Shown: positions 13,319-26,712, counted from the whole stretch's first letter. The stretch is DNA of 63,185 bases, filler included, from Octopus bimaculoides (GCF_001194135.2; 4 parts of 4 records of this genome joined end to end with filler, not necessarily neighbours in it), one strand, 5' to 3'. The notes: generated from the sequence alone by a model not told the origin. Made by a program: numbers and translations.

Positions 13319-14521
13319 CATTGATGTACAAATATGATAATAATTATCATTATTGTACTTGTGTTTGTTTTGATATTACGACTGAAAAAACTTGACTATG
13401 TTTGTAAAAATGTTTGCATCTGGGTTTGCAGCTCCTAAGAAAATTTCGTTCCCATACTTTTGAGAATAATAAAACTAACATGTCAAGATAACATTCTGTA
13501 ATTTTTGACGAGACACAGCACTCCATAACTGTTGAAGAACAGATGGTATTTTAAAGTATTTTCTAAGGGTACAAGCGACAATATCCAAGACCAGGCATTC
13601 AAATTATTTAATAGTCAGATAAATACAAGAAGGGTAAAAGGGCCGCTAGACACATGACATAGGAAATTATCCTGTCACTGAAACTGGAAATTTTCTCCAA
13701 ATATTAAATTATTGATATTTTGTTGAGAAAATATGTGAATATTTTATTACGTTGAGTTACTGAAATATTTTGGAGTTTCCTCTCTCTCCTGATATATTCA
13801 ATGCAGATTCTAATATTTGCGGTTTTGCTTTTAAAATTAGAATGTAATAATTTATCAAAATGATTAAAAGGTTTCGATTTTGAGTTTGTTTTACAATAAT
13901 TTTGATTTGAAACCGCGCGTTGAAATCATTATTGCTATATTTGGGAAGAGTCATAATTGATAAAACCTATAAACACATCCACTGGTTGTTGCTCGTCTAT
14001 ATTTCACTTCTCTTTTTCAAAACATTTGATGTTTACTATTGACCCACAAAATATTTCACGCCGCACTAATCTTTAGTTATCGATTAGTTTAGTGGGGAAA
14101 GAAAGAGAAATGAATTGAATGCGTTTCTATGTTGTATTGATTATTAGACTCGACTCCAAAGACTCATAGAACCGGAACTTGATCCCCTTTTTCCACAGCG
14201 CATAACTGACCGAGATCACAACATTCTCTACGAATGGGAGTCGGTCCGTCGCAGCTTTGACTCGTTTTCAGCTGAGTGGACTGGAGCAACGTGAAATGAA
14301 GTGTGTTGCACGAGAATACAATGCATCACCCGGACCGGAATCGAAACCCTAACCACTTGTCCACACGACTTTACTTTATCAATTATGGCTCTTTCGAAAT
14401 ATAACAATATTAACATTTTGCTGACTATCTTAAGCGCGTTTATTTTACTATTTATGATGTAATTATTGTCTGTTCTGTATCGAGCCATGCCTGGTTCATA
14501 AGAGCCGGTTTCATTGGCGTA

Positions 14522-14727
14522 TAGGTTCCCCACCTGTTGCAGGAGGAAAGAGTGAGAGAAAATTGTGGCGAAAGGGCCAACAGGGGTTCGCCATTACCTT
14601 CTTCCGAAGCCGCGTGGAGCTTAGGTGTTGTCGTTTATAAACACACACATCGCCCAGTCTGAGATCTGAACCCATGATCCCTCGAATGCGAGTCCGCTGC
14701 TCTGACCACAAGGCCATGTACCTCCAC
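14522..14727 (-). mobile_element. SINE related to family A, 5' part
   Basis: gagtgagagaaaattgtggcgaaag...ttaggtgtt...cgagtccgctgc is shared with family A. Confidence 0.7.
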
Positions 14728-15049
14728 TTTATCAATTATGGCTCTTTCGAAATATAACTATATTAATATTTTACTGACTATCTTAAACACGTTTATTTTA
14801 CTATTTATGATATAATTGTGTGTTTGTAAAATTAAGGCATAACTTAAGGATTGACAAACATAGTCTAATTAACAATATGTCTAGGTTAAACATACCAAGG
14901 TTACGGTTTTAACGCTTTTGATCTAGTGTTTGTTTAATGAGATTTAACCTGACTCTAATCAACAGTGACTGGAATTCTAAGCGGATATCATTATGCTATG
15001 GCTTTATACGTATAAAACTATGTAGAATGTTGTTTCTTTTTGTTCCTTC

Positions 15050-15290
15050 TCGAGTCATGCCTGGCTCATAAGAGCCGGCTTCCCGGTTTCATTGGCGCAT
15101 AGGTTTCCCACCTGGACGGGATGCCGGTCTGTTTCAGGTGAGCTGTTAGATGCAGGAGGAGAGAGTGAGAGAAAGTTGTGGCGAAAGAGCCAGCAGAGGT
15201 TCGCCATTATCATTACCGCGTAGGGCTTAGGTGTTTCGCTCATAAACATACATCGCCCGGTCTGAGATTCGACCCACGATGCCTCTACCG
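15050..15290 (-). mobile_element. SINE related to family A
   Basis: Same body as 14480-14727 (gcctggctcataagagccgg...gagtgagagaaagttgtggcg). Confidence 0.7.
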
Positions 15291-17090
15291 CAAGATAATA
15301 GAATACTCATGACTAAAGATTCACCTGGTTATTTTAATCCAATCTTTTCTGTCTTTATTTACCAAATTTCTCGATCGCTTCAGAATCTGATAGTCGTCAT
15401 CAAGTGTTCGATTCCTTCTATGCATAAAGTTATCCAACAAGCTTAGAGGATCGGAACATCGATATTTTTCTTTTAGAAATAAAAGACCAGAGTTCAAATC
15501 CATCAAGGGGTATTGAGGAACAAACGAATTTTTACTTTTGTTTGTCTCTTTTATTTTATTTGTTTATTTATTTTTTGTTACTAAGCTCCCGTTCCGTTGT
15601 GAAAGGTATTCCAGCCATGATCATCTCATCCGTTATTCACGTACAATTTAAGTAGAAATACATTTGACGCAGTTTGTAGACGGGAAATTGGCAGCCATTT
15701 AGGTGTAGGCCAACCTCCCTTCAGATGCCTTCAATTATTTGTTCCAGCTCTTTGCGTTCTGCGTTCAAATCCCACTGAGAACTTTGCCTTTCTTCCATTC
15801 AGGGTCGATAAAATAAAGTTCTAGGACAAGGTGATGGGTTGGCGGAATCGTTAGGGTATCAAATTATTTCTTGCGTTTTTGCTGGGGTTTTTTTTTCCTG
15901 AATCTTAGCGTTTTGGATGTTTACCTTAACCGTCGACCGGTTCGACACCTTCACATGGTTTTTGAGTGCATATAACGGATTCCGTTCACTTGCAAACATC
16001 TAGGCCAGGTCTCCCGTTTCAGAATAACTTACTACCTTATTCTCATCCGTCTCCAAAACCCTGATAAAAAGAATAAACTCCATACGTGCTTCCTTTCTCT
16101 TTCCTCTGGTTATGCAGCGACGGAAACAAAATTACAAACCTATTAAATTGTCCTATCAAACAAAAAAAAAACCTGCAGTGTAATTTGAGGAAGATTTGAC
16201 TGCCAGTTCTAGCAAGCCGTGTTACAGCGAGGGTGTTCTACTTTGGCTTCAATCCGACACATGACGACGGTCAATAGTGGAATCGATCTAAATCTTATGT
16301 AAATCAAAATACAAAAGATTAATAGCCCATAAAACTTTAATTATCTTTATATTTGTTATGAAGCGGTAGGCTAAAAGCTAATCAACGTCACACACCCCGA
16401 ACACACACACACACACAGTTTTAATACCAGCATCCGACACAATGCATTTCCCAGTTACTCTCCACACCCATGCAATGTGACCGTCGGTCTGCAAGATGGT
16501 GTGGGAAATTCTACATGGTTTCTTGACTAACAAGAAATAACAGCTAAACGTCTTTTAACATGGACCACAATATCTTTGAAAATAGTACAATGGAGAATAT
16601 GGTCCTGCGTAATAAGCTCACAGGAAAAAGATGAGACGGTTCGGATTGTAATTCTTTGCATCGTAGATCTGTTCGATAACGTCTACACAACAAACAGCCT
16701 GATTAGCATATAATATATGAATTGGTGGTTCTTCTCTAAATGATATTTATTTATATATCTCGTTCCTCTGTTTGTTTGTATTTTTGTTTGTTTTCTTTTT
16801 GTTCGAAAAAAGTTCGTTTTCTATGTCTTCGTTTTTATGATTCCGTTTCTCATTGTGTTTAACGTTTTTGTGATGTTCTGTACCCATATATGCATGTATA
16901 TATACATATATATGTAGGTATGTACATATATGTATGTATATATGCATACATTTATATATTATTTATATCATTATATGATCGAACGTCACGCATCCTTTTC
17001 CAAGTAAGTTTTACCTTTACATATATAAACACGCATGCATGTATATATGTATGTATGCATGTGTATATATACACACACACATATATAAAA

Positions 17091-17272
17091 GAGGAATGTA
17101 AAAAATACATTACGATGTATATATCGTAAACAATTCATAACTATTTACGAATATATCAATGGCCAAACATGTAATTAAAAATTTATGAAATTTTTTGATT
17201 GTATATTTGGCCATTGTAAATAATTATGAATTGTTTACGATATATCCTTCGTAATGTATTTTTACATTCCTC
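17091..17272. repeat. About 180-bp inverted repeat (hairpin, MITE-like)
   Basis: The left arm gaggaatgtaaaaaatacattacga...caatggccaaa is the reverse complement of the right arm tttggccattg...tcgtaatgtatttttacattcctc, apart from a few mismatches and one indel. Confidence 0.9.
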
Positions 17273-17707
17273 TATTTATTATTTAATTTTTCACTCATAT
17301 CCGGTTTATCGCCATAGCTCGATTTGTTGGTCTTTTCTTATAAACGCTGTGCATGACGTTAGAATTCAGAATTTGAATGTGTAGATAGATGTTGACAAAT
17401 TATTCTTACCTGTCAGGAAACATGTAAGCTTCAAGGTATGTTTTTGTTTTTTGTGTTAATTTTGTATCTACAGGAAGAGTGGAACCGTTTTTCGTTCCTA
17501 ACTTCGAAATTACAATTGAGAATTAACTTTATATTTAAGTTGTGAATTTTATGTCATGTCGCCCGCCGACAGTTTTATTGTGAAAAGATAAAATATGAGT
17601 GGTTATAGTGGCTTTATAGCGGCTTTGGGTGCTATTTCTAGACCTGTAAGGGTTTCTGAAACCCTCTCCGTTATAATTGTGATTTGTTCTTAATTATACA
17701 CACTTCC

Positions 17708-17748
<41 letters not shown>

Positions 17749-18399
17749 NNNNNNNNNNNNNNNNNNNNNNNNNNNNNNNNNNNNNNNNNNNNNNNNNNNN
17801 NNNNNNNNNNNNNNNNNNNNNNNNNNNNNNNNNNNNNNNNNNNNNNNNNNNNNNNNNNNNNNNNNNNNNNNNNNNNNNNNNNNNNNNNNNNNNNNNNNNN
17901 NNNNNNNNNNNNNNNNNNNNNNNNNNNNNNNNNNNNNNNNNNNNNNNNNNNNNNNNNNNNNNNNNNNNNNNNNNNNNNNNNNNNNNNNNNNNNNNNNNNN
18001 NNNNNNNNNNNATATATATATATATATATATATACATACATATATGTATGTATGTATACGTATACATTTATGTATGAATATGTATGTGTGTACGTGTGTG
18101 TGTGCACGTGTGTGTGTACGCGTAAGTGTTTGTGTGTGTGTGTAGTGTGCATAAAATGTATATATATCTAGGCACTCACTCATATCGTATAAATATACGA
18201 ATACGATGCAGAAGAACAGGTTTGCACTACGCACATACACACACACACACAGATACAGACATTCACACATATGCTTACATCACACACAGATATGCTTACA
18301 TCACATACACTTTCACACACCACGAACACACGTATATGCACACACAGAAAAAAAGGAAAGAGAAAACAAAAGAGAAAAAGAGAATGAGAGTGTGACAAC

Positions 18400-18434
<35 letters not shown>

Positions 18435-18764
18435 GAGAGGGAGGAAGAGAGAGGGAGAGAGAAAGAGAAAGAACCGCTCGTTTAAATATATCGATCTAAT
18501 AAATTGACGATGGATTTGTACAAATCTCCGTGGAATATAGTCAGCTTGTGTGCATACGTATGTGTGTTTGAGTGTTCTTTAAGTTTATTGCGTTAATGAA
18601 CGCGAATGTGTGTTTTCTTGTCCCTGTATCTTTATTTTCATTTTATTATATTAATATTATGTATTCTGTGAATAATCGTGTTGTTAGACAGAGCTTTCTA
18701 AGCTCAAGAAACAACGTTATTCTCAAGCCACATTTTCCCAAGCAGCCTCCAATTTACCGAAGTG

Positions 18765-18808
18765 CAACGTATCCAAGTGCAACGTATCCAAGTGCAACTT
18801 ATCCATTA
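18765..18808. repeat. 15-bp tandem repeat (aagtgcaacgtatcc x3)
   Basis: Seen directly. It produces the SATYP repeats in ORF 18572-18811. Confidence 0.9.
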
Positions 18809-18999
18809 TAGAAACCATTGATATTTCGAATTTTACCTCCGGTCATCTTCCAAGGGTTTCATCTCCATAAAATCTTTGTTTAAGCTAACAACTGCTGCAT
18901 TTCATTTACCTGCTCATCTTGCTGGTGTGGAAACACCATCGTGGACTCACAGCTCATGTTTACAAGCGTTGACTAGATTATCAATTTTCGTTTTTATGT

Positions 19000-19200
19000 T
19001 TCAGTCATTAAACTGCGGTTATGCTGGAGCACCACCTTGAAGGATTTTAGTTGAAAGAATCGACCCCGACGTGTTTTTTTTTTATTATTATTATTAAAGC
19101 CTGGTACTCATTTGATTGGACACTTTTGCCGAACCGCTAAGTTACGGGATCTTAAACACACTAACACCGGTTGTCAAGTAGTAGTGAGGGACAAACACAG
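19000..19200. mobile_element. Dispersed SINE-like repeat, family D
   Basis: cagtcatt..actgcgg..atgctggagcac...cgacccc...ggtact is also found at 47935-48110. Confidence 0.6.
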
Positions 19201-19240
19201 ATGCACGGACACATGCACATAGGCAGATAGGCAGACAGAC

Positions 19241-19300
<60 letters not shown>

Positions 19301-19344
19301 GCAAACAGACATGGATGGATGGATGGATAGATAGATAGATAGAC

Positions 19345-19506
19345 CGACGGCGGGATTTCTCAGTTTCTGTCTACCACATCCATTCACAAGGCTGTGGTTG
19401 ACCAGAAGCTATAGTAGAAGACACTTGCACTAAGTCCCACACAGTGATATTGAACCCAGAACTATCTGGTTGGGAAGCAAGCTTCTTACAACACAGCCAC
19501 GCCTGC
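19345..19506 (-). mobile_element. tRNA-derived SINE, family C
   Basis: Minus-strand head ggcgtggctgtgttgtaagaagcttgcttcccaacc...gggttcaat. Shared with 21740 and 22165. Confidence 0.8.
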
Positions 19507-19514
19507 ATCTAGAT

Positions 19515-20070
19515 CAGCGGTTCCCAACCGGGGTGCACATGACCCCTTATTGTCCATATAATATTAAAATTTAAGAATGGAGATCCACAATAGTATTATA
19601 AAGTCCCCTAAAAAAATTTTATTTTAGTTGTATGTATTGGTATATATTAGAAGAAACAATTAGGCTTCTTTCGCTAACATTTTACATTATTCAACTTACA
19701 CAAGTTAATGCGTGAAAAACAAACTGGGAATTTTGAAAGAAATTTCCATAAAACTAGTCTTTAAACATCGAATGGCTATGGGGGTCAACCAGAATGAAAT
19801 AGTAATCAATGAGGTCCATAGATTTTAAATGGTTGAGAACCCCTGCTTTAGATATATGTATTGGTATGTATTGCAAGAAACAGCTGGGTTTCTTCCTTTA
19901 ACATTTTACATAATTCAACCTACACAAGTTAATGTGGGAAAAACAAAATAGGAATTTTGAAAGACGTTTCTATAAAACTAGTTTTTAAACATTGAATGGC
20001 TATGATTGGGGCCACCAGAACAAAATAGTCCTCAAAGGGTCTATATGTACAAAATGGTTGAGAACCCTTG
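19515..20070. mobile_element. hAT (Charlie-like) non-autonomous element with two right ends
   Basis: Left TIR cagcggttcccaacc; right TIRs ggttgagaacccctg (19831-19845) and ggttgagaacccttg (20056-20070). Flanks atctagat / atctagtt fit the NTCTAGAN 8-bp target typical of Charlie elements. Confidence 0.85.
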
Positions 20071-20746
20071 ATCTAGTTTTTAATCACTATATATATAGGG
20101 CTCGCTAGCATCAGGGAATTGCTTCGTTGTTTGGTGTTTGATCAGAGTGCTGGAATAAAAGAATGACTATTTAGAATGTTGCATTTACGTAGCTTTGAAA
20201 CCAGAATAACAGATAACTATGTAATGCTACGATTCTCGCTCAACTTAGAAGAATTTGCGCCGAGCTTCTCAAAAACTAATTGCGGAAAGTTGTTCCGTGT
20301 CTACAAAAAGACAGTAAGAACCTGTTTAGCTTCATCAGAATTTGAAATGCCTACCAAACATAAATTGGATAATTTAGTTGATAGACTTGCCGTTGTTCAT
20401 AGACCCCTGACACCAAAGCCAAAACTAAGAAAATGATGAAATATTTCACTTAAACCTTTATAACTGTACCACGTGTTTTTACCCTCCATAAATCCTAAAT
20501 TTTATTTTAGAATTTATGCGAGCAACTGTCTTTGAAGACTCATATTGTCGTTGAATGCTCAAAATGAGGAGTAGATAGAAAACCGCCAAACGATGAAGGG
20601 TCTTTTCTCTGAGTTTACTTGTCCTGTTTTCCATTTGTTCTCGTTTACATATTTAACTCGTTTGTTTACGTATTTCATGCTATTTGCACCATTGGTGACG
20701 TTCTGTACCCATATATGCATGTATATATATATATATNNNNNNNNNN

Positions 20747-20792
<46 letters not shown>

Positions 20793-20955
20793 GTATACAT
20801 AAAGAGAGACAGACAGACAGACAGACAGAATGAGTGAGAGAAGATGGAAGAGACTGACAAACAGATGCACGTACGTATATTTATATGTTCCCACTTACTG
20901 GACCGCTGAAATCTACAAGTTTTTTTCACACTCTCTCTCTGCTTAATTTCTTTTA

Positions 20956-20990
20956 TTTCTGTTGAAGAGCGTAGGCTCGAAACGTAAAAG
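20956..20990 (+). ncRNA. Minimal hammerhead-like motif (Penelope type), core variant CUGUUGA
   Basis: uuu-CUGUUGA-A-GAGC(guag)GCUC-GAAA-CG-UA-aaa. A6 is replaced by U and stem I is only 3 bp. Confidence 0.45.
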
Positions 20991-21739
20991 ACTTTTTCAT
21001 TTTGCCCGAGCGTCAAACTAATACACTTGCTTGTTGTTCATACACCTGTCAACTACATAGAAGTATAGGTCCTTACGAAAGTATGATGTGTGTGTTTGCG
21101 TGTATATGCATGTAGGTAGGTAGGTATGCACAATATATTAATATATATATATGTAAATGTGCATTGTACTGGTTAAACGTTTTAATTTTCCAGTTTCATT
21201 CATGGCCTGTACTTATACTTTATGATTTAGTTAATTCTTTCTGGTTATTGGAAACCAGCTGCATATTAATTCTGAATTGAATAGTTATAAAATAATAGGA
21301 GCCTATTAACCAGAGGTATAAACCTGGAGATATTGTCTGTCGGTAAAATATGCAGATTTTTCATTAGTTTTCCATAAGCGTTTATTGACGTGCTGATAAA
21401 ATTCTGTCTTAATGTAAATATATATGGCCGCACGTGTATGTATGTGTGCTGCTATGCATGCGCGCGCGCGCGTTTGTATCAGTGTGATAGTGTGGGTGCG
21501 CATGACAACGCTGTCTGATAGCAGCGGTGGAAATGGTGATAGTAGCGGTTTTTTTATGCGATAATATTGGTTGTATGTTTCAGATATATAAATTACGCAT
21601 GTTATATTACATGTGGTGTATGCGGGGGGGGGGGGATTGTGTATATGTGTGCGTGTGTGCCAAAGTGCAAAATAACGAGATATACACACACATATGTGTA
21701 TGTGTGTGTGTGTGCGTGCGCGCGCGCGCGTAGTAAAAT

Positions 21740-21925
21740 CTGCCCACGCAAAGTAACAGTCATGCGTAGGTCGATGTTACTACATTTAGCCCCAGGAAAA
21801 CATCTTTTCCAGCTGGCTACCGACGCTATAGTAGAATATATCTACTGATGGTTCCACGCAGTGGGCCTGAACCGGGAATCTTGTGGTTGGGAAGCAAACT
21901 TCTTACCTTACAGCCACGTCTGCGC
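21740..21925 (-). mobile_element. tRNA-derived SINE, family C
   Basis: ctatagtagaa...ccacgcagtgggcctgaaccgg...tggttgggaagcaaacttctt...acagccac. Confidence 0.75.
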
Positions 21926-22286
21926 CTACATATAAATACATACATAGTTATATGAGAATACACACACACACACACATACGCACACATATATGTAAAAGCA
22001 CACAGTTATATGAACGCACATGCACAGATATATGTATGTTCGTACGCAGTTATTTGCGTGTGTCTACATGAGGGTGTGTGCGCGCGTTCGTAACAAAGCC
22101 GCATTCTGGACGTATCGATGGCATTCCAGTATTCACTCTTTTCATTTTCATTCTTTTACTGAACGCGCAACCATGTGGTTGGGAAGCAAGCTTCTTACCA
22201 CAGAGCCACTCCCGTGCCTACACATCGTCAAACAAATTAGTTTTCTCTATTATATAAATCTCGATATGAATAAACACTTGTGTTAT

Positions 22287-22669
22287 GTTGTTGGCACTCC
22301 GTCGGTTACGACGATGAGAATTTCAGTTGATCCGATCAACGGAACAGCCTGCTCGTGAAATTAACGTGCATGTGGCTGAGCACTCCACAGGCACGTGTAC
22401 CCTTAACGTAGTTCTCGGGGATATTCAGCCTGACACAGTGTGACAAGGCTGACCCCTTTGAATTACAGGCACAACAGAAACAGGAAGTAAGAGTGAGAGA
22501 AAGTTGTGGTGAAAGAGTACAGCAGGGGTCGCCACCACCCTCTGCCGGAGCCTCGTGGAGCTTTAGGTGTTTTCGCTCAATAAACACTCACAACGCCTGG
22601 TCTGGGAATCGAAACCACGATCCTATGACCGCGAGTCCGCTGCCCCAACCACTGGGCCATTGCGCCTCC
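22287..22669 (-). mobile_element. tRNA-derived SINE, family A, with 13-bp TSD
   Basis: TSD acacttgtgttat at 22274-22286 and 22670-22682. Confidence 0.95.
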
Positions 22670-22704
22670 ACACTTGTGTTATATAATGCTAAATAAAGGC
22701 AGGG

Positions 22705-22860
22705 CGCTGGTAGTGTCGTTAGCACGCTGGACGAAATGCTTAGCAGTATTTCACCCGTTGCTACGTTCTGAGGCTGACTTTCCTTTTCGTCCTTTCGATG
22801 TAACCGACTAGTCCCCCCTCCTCCACAATTTTCAGGCCTCATGCCTTTAATAGAAAGGGT
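22705..22860 (+). mobile_element. SINE family B (partial)
   Basis: gctggtagtgtcgttagcacgctggacgaaatgcttagcagtatttc matches the head of the copies at 27624, 54239 and 55372. Confidence 0.7.
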
Positions 22861-23167
22861 AATATAATGCTAAATATGCATATTGATGGAAAAAGTATAT
22901 ATAATTTAGGGATGTAGTAAGTAATAGTACAACATGGCGAAGATTACGAAACGGCTGTTATCATATGGAGCTCATAAGGAAGTAATGAATCAGCCTTCAC
23001 TGTCTGTCTGTCTGTCTGTATGTATGTATGTATGTATGTATGTATGCATGTATGTATGTTTGTATGTATGTATGTTTGTATGTATGTATATCTTTGAAGG
23101 AATTCCGATGTAGGAAATGAAAAGAATCTTTTTCTGAAGCTGTGTGTAGGTTGTTGTGGTAATATAA

Positions 23168-23296
<129 letters not shown>

Positions 23297-24036
23297 GAAG
23301 AGNNNNNNNNNNNNNNNNNNNNNNNNNNNNNNNNNNNNNNNNNNNNNNNNNNNNNNNNNNNNNNNNNNNNNNNNNNNNNNNNNNNNNNNNNNNNNNNNNN
23401 NNNNNNNNNNNNNNNNNNNNNNNNNNNNNNNNNNNNNNNNNNNNNNNNNNNNNNNNNNNNNNNNNNNNNNNNNNNNNNNNNNNNNNNNNNNNNNNNNNNN
23501 NNNNNNNNNNNNNNNNNNNNNNNNNNNNNNNNNNNNNNNNNNNNNNNNNNNNNNNNNNNNNNNNNNNNNNNNNNNNNNNNNNNNNNNNNNNNNNNNNNNN
23601 NNNNNNNNNNNNNNNNNNNNNNNNNNNNNNNNNNNNNNNNNNNNNNNNNNNNNNNNNNNNNNNNNNNNNNNNNNNNNNNNNNNNNNNNNNNNNNNNNNNN
23701 NNNNNNNNNNNNNNNNNNNNNNNNNNNNNNNNNNNNNNNNNNNNNNNNNNNNNNNNNNNNNNNNNNNNNNNNNNNNNNNNNNNNNNNNNNNNNNNNNNNN
23801 NNNNNNNNNNNNNNNNNNNNNNNNNNNNNNNNNNNNNNNNNNNNNNNNNNNNNNNNNNNNNNNNNNNNNNNNNNNNNNNNNNNNNNNNNNNNNNNNNNNN
23901 NNNNNNNNNNNNNNNNNNNNNNNNNNNNNNNNNNNNNNNNNNNNNNNNNNNNNNNNNNNNNNNNNNNNNNNNNNNNNNNNNNNNNNNNNNNNNNNNNNNN
24001 NNNNNNNNNNNNNNNNNNNNNNNNNNNNNNNNNNNN

Positions 24037-24081
<45 letters not shown>

Positions 24082-24403
24082 CATATGTATATATATCCAT
24101 ACGTATATACGTAAACATATGCTTATATCTATCTATGTACGTATGTATGCACGTAGTTATATAGTGTGTGTGCAACGAAAGAGCGAGTGAGAAAGACGGT
24201 GAGAAATCTATGAGAGAAAGGCGTGGGAGAGAAGGGGGGGAGAGCAACAGCAATTTGGGTAGATTTAAGCCTATCAAAAAGCATTACGTGAAATTGTTCA
24301 AAGAAAGAGTGTGAGGAGTTGGAAAGACTCAAATAAAAAAGAGAGGGTAGGAGTAAGTGAGTGAAAGAGAAAAAGTGACAGAGAGCGAGAGAATGAGGAG
24401 TGA

Positions 24404-24446
<43 letters not shown>

Positions 24447-24734
24447 TGAAGAAAAGATAACTCTAGACTTGTGCAAAGATACAGAGAGATGTGCGAACAA
24501 GTGGAAATATTGACATCAATAAAAGCGTTACATTAAATTTACACATGAAATAATTTTGTCTAAATTTATTGACCGTCAGTTGATTTATGTATTAATACAT
24601 ATATACTCTTTCCCACACTATATAATACACATATATGTGAGTAGTTTGATATACGCATACGACCACGTATATATGTGTGTGTCTGTGTGTATATTGGCGT
24701 ATATACACACCATACTTACAAGCACACAAACTCA

Positions 24735-25757
24735 CGAAGGTTATATCGAAAATAATTCAAAAGTAGGTATAACCATTTTATTAAATGACACAGGTCATTC
24801 AAATTGCACATATTGGAAGAAGAACTATTTCTCTATAGTAACTCTTATATTCCTGGTCCTCTTCATTTGCAGAAAAATAATAGGTTCTAACGAAAAGCTA
24901 AGTGCCGTCATTGAGTACATCCATAAAAGTGTACAGGTTGTTTATGGAGATGACAAGAATGGCAAAAGCTATGTACAGTCATGGATGAAGAAATTTAAGG
25001 AAGAGAAAACCACAACTGAAGACAATCCGAGCTGGAATAAATCATCAACAGCGACTAAGGATACGAATTGCCAGTAAGTGGACTGCTCCATGTGGACAGA
25101 TGAGTCATAATCCATGAAGTTATACACAACTCTAATGTGGTCACAATGCATTACAGATGATGGTGTAAGGCTTTAGAATGGAAAAGTGTCTGCAGAGTGG
25201 GTAAATGGTGAGGGTTTTGTTTGTGTGTGTGACAAGAGTTTAATTCTTCAGCATTTTGTGGAACTTGACAATACAGTGAACATCGAGTAGTTAAGTCACT
25301 TAAAATGATTAGATAAGTCGTTAGGAGGAAGACACCAAACAAGAATCTGTAAGCGATTCAAATTCACCATGCCATTGAGTGACCAGACATCTTCAGAAAT
25401 AAATTGATCAATTAGCAAATAGAGATGATTAGCGGTTCACCTATTTCTGATTAGTCTGGAGCTAGCACCTTCTGATTATCACATGACCCATTCAATGAAG
25501 GACAATTTTCGGAGACAATGATATAATGACACAGACAATGCGAAGTTGGCTGTGAAAAGGTGGGTACAACTGTACTCAAATAAAATTTTCCTCAAGGAGG
25601 ATTCGAAGGCTGAATCCAGCAACATCACAAATGTAAGGCTTGTGATGGTGATTTGTATGGAAGAAAAGTTGCTTTAACTACATTTGAAATTTGAACGACT
25701 TAAGTCAGTTGATAAAGAGGCTATGCTATTTTGGCATTACTTTCAACACATACCTCG
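24735..25757 (+). mobile_element. Decayed mariner transposon
   Basis: AVIEYIHK...VQVVYGDD...SYVQSWMKKFKEEKTTTEDNPS resembles the N-terminal HTH region. ctggagctagcaccttctgattatcac translates as ELAPSDYH (YSPDLAPxDY motif). Mariner-like end cattactttcaacacatacctcg+TA. Confidence 0.7.
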
Positions 25758-26480
25758 TATACATATACATACATGCATATATGTGTGTGTGTGTGAGTGT
25801 GTATGTTCATATTTAACATATTCCTGTACACTTGGAAATGGGAAAGCCTTTCGCTGCAGAAATAGACCCAGGAAAAAACTTTCCTTAAAAAATATCCTAA
25901 AAACTGCGGGAAAACGCATTAGGCTATGAATAACAGCATCGGATCGTAGAATGCAAGCGTTTCTGCGTCACAGCTACAAATAACGAATTCCTCTTTTATT
26001 TATTTATTTTTTTTTTTTTTTTTTTTTTTTTTTGCCGTGATCGAAATGTACACGAACGTGTTAAATATAATGGTACAAGATCATATTTTATTCAGTGCTG
26101 CTTCATTCGTCTCCAGTATACGAAGCTGGCGATCCGAGGCGCCATGACGCATCCGATACGGTTGGATTATGCCAGCCACAGCGCAATGTGTGCTCAAAGA
26201 TTTAGCTTTGAGGGGATTTTTACCCCGAGACGATTTTCACAGTGAAATGCTTTCACATGTCTAACTTTACATGAGGGTATTTAATATGGCCGTAGAGGAA
26301 TATAATTTATCTAGGGCAGTTTCATGCGACACTTCATTAATGTGCGTGTGTGTGTGTGTGTGTGTGCGCGCGCGCGCGTATGTCTGTCTGTCTGTCTGTG
26401 TGTGTAACTTGCTGCAGTCCAGTAGCCTGTTACTCTGTAGTTTCCACGTCATGCAGCCACTTTTCCATGTATATTTGATT

Positions 26481-26669
26481 GTACAGTTCTATATTTAAGA
26501 GATGAGGAATTACGTACATTATTTACATTATTTACATTTGACGGATATTTGTCCTCATCATGTTTGTTGTTAACACAACGGTTCGGCTGACACGTCCTCC
26601 AGCTTTCATCAGGTGTATTGGGGAAAGTTCGAACCTGGGTTCTCATTCCGAAGATATTTTTCGATGTTG

Positions 26670-26712
<43 letters not shown>

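Noticed and set aside
13480-13560. SVIFDETQHSITVEEQM resembling the hAT DET motif
   Set aside because: Short, interrupted by stops and without supporting flanks.
15321-15506. 61-aa minus-strand ORF
   Set aside because: No recognisable motif, and its length is within chance expectation.
17400-17480. gtatg...ctacag mini-intron
   Set aside because: It is only about 37 nt long and no coherent flanking reading frame was found.
20176-20436. 86-aa ORF with faint resemblance to a Tc1 C-terminus
   Set aside because: No DDE motif or TIRs; the similarity is too weak.
25900-26270. CpG-richer unique stretch as a possible promoter
   Set aside because: No linked gene or diagnostic motif set; it cannot be supported from sequence alone.
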